NCBI GenBank assembly: GCA_029288775.1
Contig: JARIGQ010000006.1
Location: forward strand, 120 to 64,119
Source of the DNA: Candidatus Nomurabacteria bacterium
GTDB lineage: Bacteria; Patescibacteriota; Minisyncoccia; Phycocordibacterales; UBA5272
Direction of reading: 5' to 3'
Length of the DNA stretch: 64,000 nt
Shown: positions 62,999 to 64,000 of the stretch, piece by piece
Layout: each line of letters starts with the position of its first letter
Position numbering within the stretch: the stretch's first letter is position 1
Notes under the pieces: generated by a model
Told to the model about the DNA's origin: nothing
The model's database searches: none
Seen by the model: only the letters and a program-made list of their open reading frames with translations
Program-made: the position numbers and the translations under genes

Positions 62999-63397
62999 AT
63001 GCACTGCGAAAATTGTGGCAATCAAATAAAAGATGGAAACACTTTCTGTGTAAACTGCGGACACAAAGCTCCAGAAAAGAGTGTTCGTGCTCTTAATGAG
63101 CTAGAGACAAAACCCTGGTTTAGATTCTTAAAGGTTTTATACATATTTGCCTTTTTTATTTTGTTGGTAATTGTATATTTTGTTTTCGATGAAAGTAGTA
63201 AGACATGGAATTATAGTTATTACTCAGGAGGCTCATACACCTATGATTATGGAGATGGGATCTGGTACGCCTTTCTTACTTATTTAGGTGGGTCTGCCTT
63301 TCTGAAGCTCATAAAAGTTTCTCTCTATTACGTTATGAGAGGTAGAAATCCTGATTGGGCGGTTGAATTCAAACGAGTGCTTAATCCTTTTTACTAA
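62999..63397 (+). CDS. Zinc-ribbon membrane protein (132 aa)
   Basis: CENCGNQIKDGNTFCVNCG, then a TM helix. Confidence 0.45.
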   Translation: MHCENCGNQIKDGNTFCVNCGHKAPEKSVRALNELETKPWFRFLKVLYIFAFFILLVIVYFVFDESSKTWNYSYYSGGSYTYDYGDGIWYAFLTYLGGSAFLKLIKVSLYYVMRGRNPDWAVEFKRVLNPFY

Positions 63398-63401
63398 AAA
63401 C

Positions 63402-63878
63402 ATGATTATATTTGGCTGGAATCACGTAACAATAAAGCAGATAGGAGTTACTTTTAAGAATCTTTGTGGCCATTGCCATAATAATGAATATTGGATTCTA
63501 ACTAGAAGGATAAAGTGGTTTACTCTCTTCTTTGTTCCTATTATTCCTTACTCAATAGAATACATATTAAGCTGTCCTATTTGTCAGTATGGTTCCGCCC
63601 TCCAAGAAGGAAAGCAATTAGAAGATATAAAGTTCTTAGCTGAAAATAACCAACTTTTAATGGACGGCAAAATTACTGTGGAGCAATATCAGGCAAAGTT
63701 TAATCAATTAGGCACAGGAGAAGAAAGCCAGATTCAAAACGTAGTAGCGGAAGTAAAAGAGGAAACGAAAGAACCAGAAACACTTAGTTTCTGTACAAAC
63801 TGTGGGACGAGTGTAACCAAGGAAATAAATTTTTGTGGTAATTGTGGAGTTAGTGTGGCTCAGCCTGTATCAGTTTAG
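63402..63878 (+). CDS. Double zinc-ribbon membrane protein (about 158 aa)
   Basis: Internal CGHCH...CPICQYG and C-terminal CTNCGTSVTKEINFCGNCG, with one TM helix between. Start taken at the Met after the upstream stop. Confidence 0.45.
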   Translation: MIIFGWNHVTIKQIGVTFKNLCGHCHNNEYWILTRRIKWFTLFFVPIIPYSIEYILSCPICQYGSALQEGKQLEDIKFLAENNQLLMDGKITVEQYQAKFNQLGTGEESQIQNVVAEVKEETKEPETLSFCTNCGTSVTKEINFCGNCGVSVAQPVSV

Positions 63879-63906
63879 TTATCATCCTCTTCATCACAGC
63901 ACACCA
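63872..63906 (+). repeat. att-like degenerate copy of the tRNA-His 3' end (junction 4/5)
   Basis: AGTTTAGTTATCATCCTCTTCATCACAGCACACCA. Confidence 0.45.
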
Positions 63907-64000
63907 TGTAGAGGTTGTTTAAATTGGTTTACAAACGCTAGGAAGATACCTTCTCTCGAAGTTAGTCAAAGAGTAATAAGTGGGCCGCGTTTATTGTAGT

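Noticed and set aside
49069-63906. Possibility that the repeated 44-nt motif or the AGTTCTAATT…GCACACCA repeats constitute a CRISPR array
   Set aside because: The copies are kilobases apart, irregularly spaced, interleaved with genes, and not identical. No cas genes are present, so this is not CRISPR.

Overview
This is a roughly 40% GC bacterial chromosomal window that starts at the replication-origin neighbourhood and ends in a stack of integrated mobile elements. Coordinates 1-32600 are mostly core genome. They carry rpmH-rnpA-yidC (minus strand), then dnaA, a putative oriC with DnaA boxes, and dnaN. After that come PBP1A, tyrS, ruvC-ruvB, a PilB/GspE-type ATPase, tsaE, polA, a minimal holA-like gene, fpg, a Mur ligase, ruvA, rpsT, a PgaC-like GT2 synthase, ruvX, a CsaA-like tRNA-binding protein, an RluA-family synthase, rplS and mpg. 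Eight tRNAs were recognised by hand-folding: Lys-UUU, Arg-GCG, Ser-UGA, Arg-UCU, Val-UAC, Leu-GAG, His-GUG, plus degenerate 5' fragments of tRNA-Ser and tRNA-Leu. Scattered in this core are a few strikingly GC-rich genes (about 57-62% GC). The main ones are two tandem paralogous secreted proteins at 12.2-13.6 kb. Three copies of a near-consensus promoter TACTTGACAAAAT-N-TATAAT/TATACT sit upstream of the two paralogues and the adjacent surface-repeat protein. A promoter-to-terminator unit of about 215 nt at 10.09-10.30 kb has no credible ORF and is a candidate small RNA. From tRNA-His (32617) to the window end the sequence looks like a tandem array of integrated elements. Each is delimited by degenerate copies of the tRNA-His 3' end (AGTTCTAATT...GCACACCA) at about 50.99, 59.93, 61.32 and 63.87 kb. 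The first element has an intact large serine recombinase whose 3' end overlaps tRNA-His. It also carries a five-gene replication-like module (DUF5659, a P-loop NTPase and a Cys-rich protein) and a 3637-aa RHS/Tc-toxin-like polymorphic toxin, followed by a small membrane protein that could be its immunity gene. The second element has a frameshifted paralogous serine recombinase. Its cargo is an envelope-modification cluster: PAP2, an OmpR-type two-component system, tandem polytopic membrane paralogues, a PAP2-like protein, DedA, a GT2 and a GT9. A conserved 44-nt motif (GTGTGGAGAGGTGTAGGGTAAAGCTAAAAAGAGGAGTAAACTT) occurs four times upstream of island genes. No CRISPR array and no rRNA were seen. 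All calls come from reading the sequence and recognising motifs. No database search was run.
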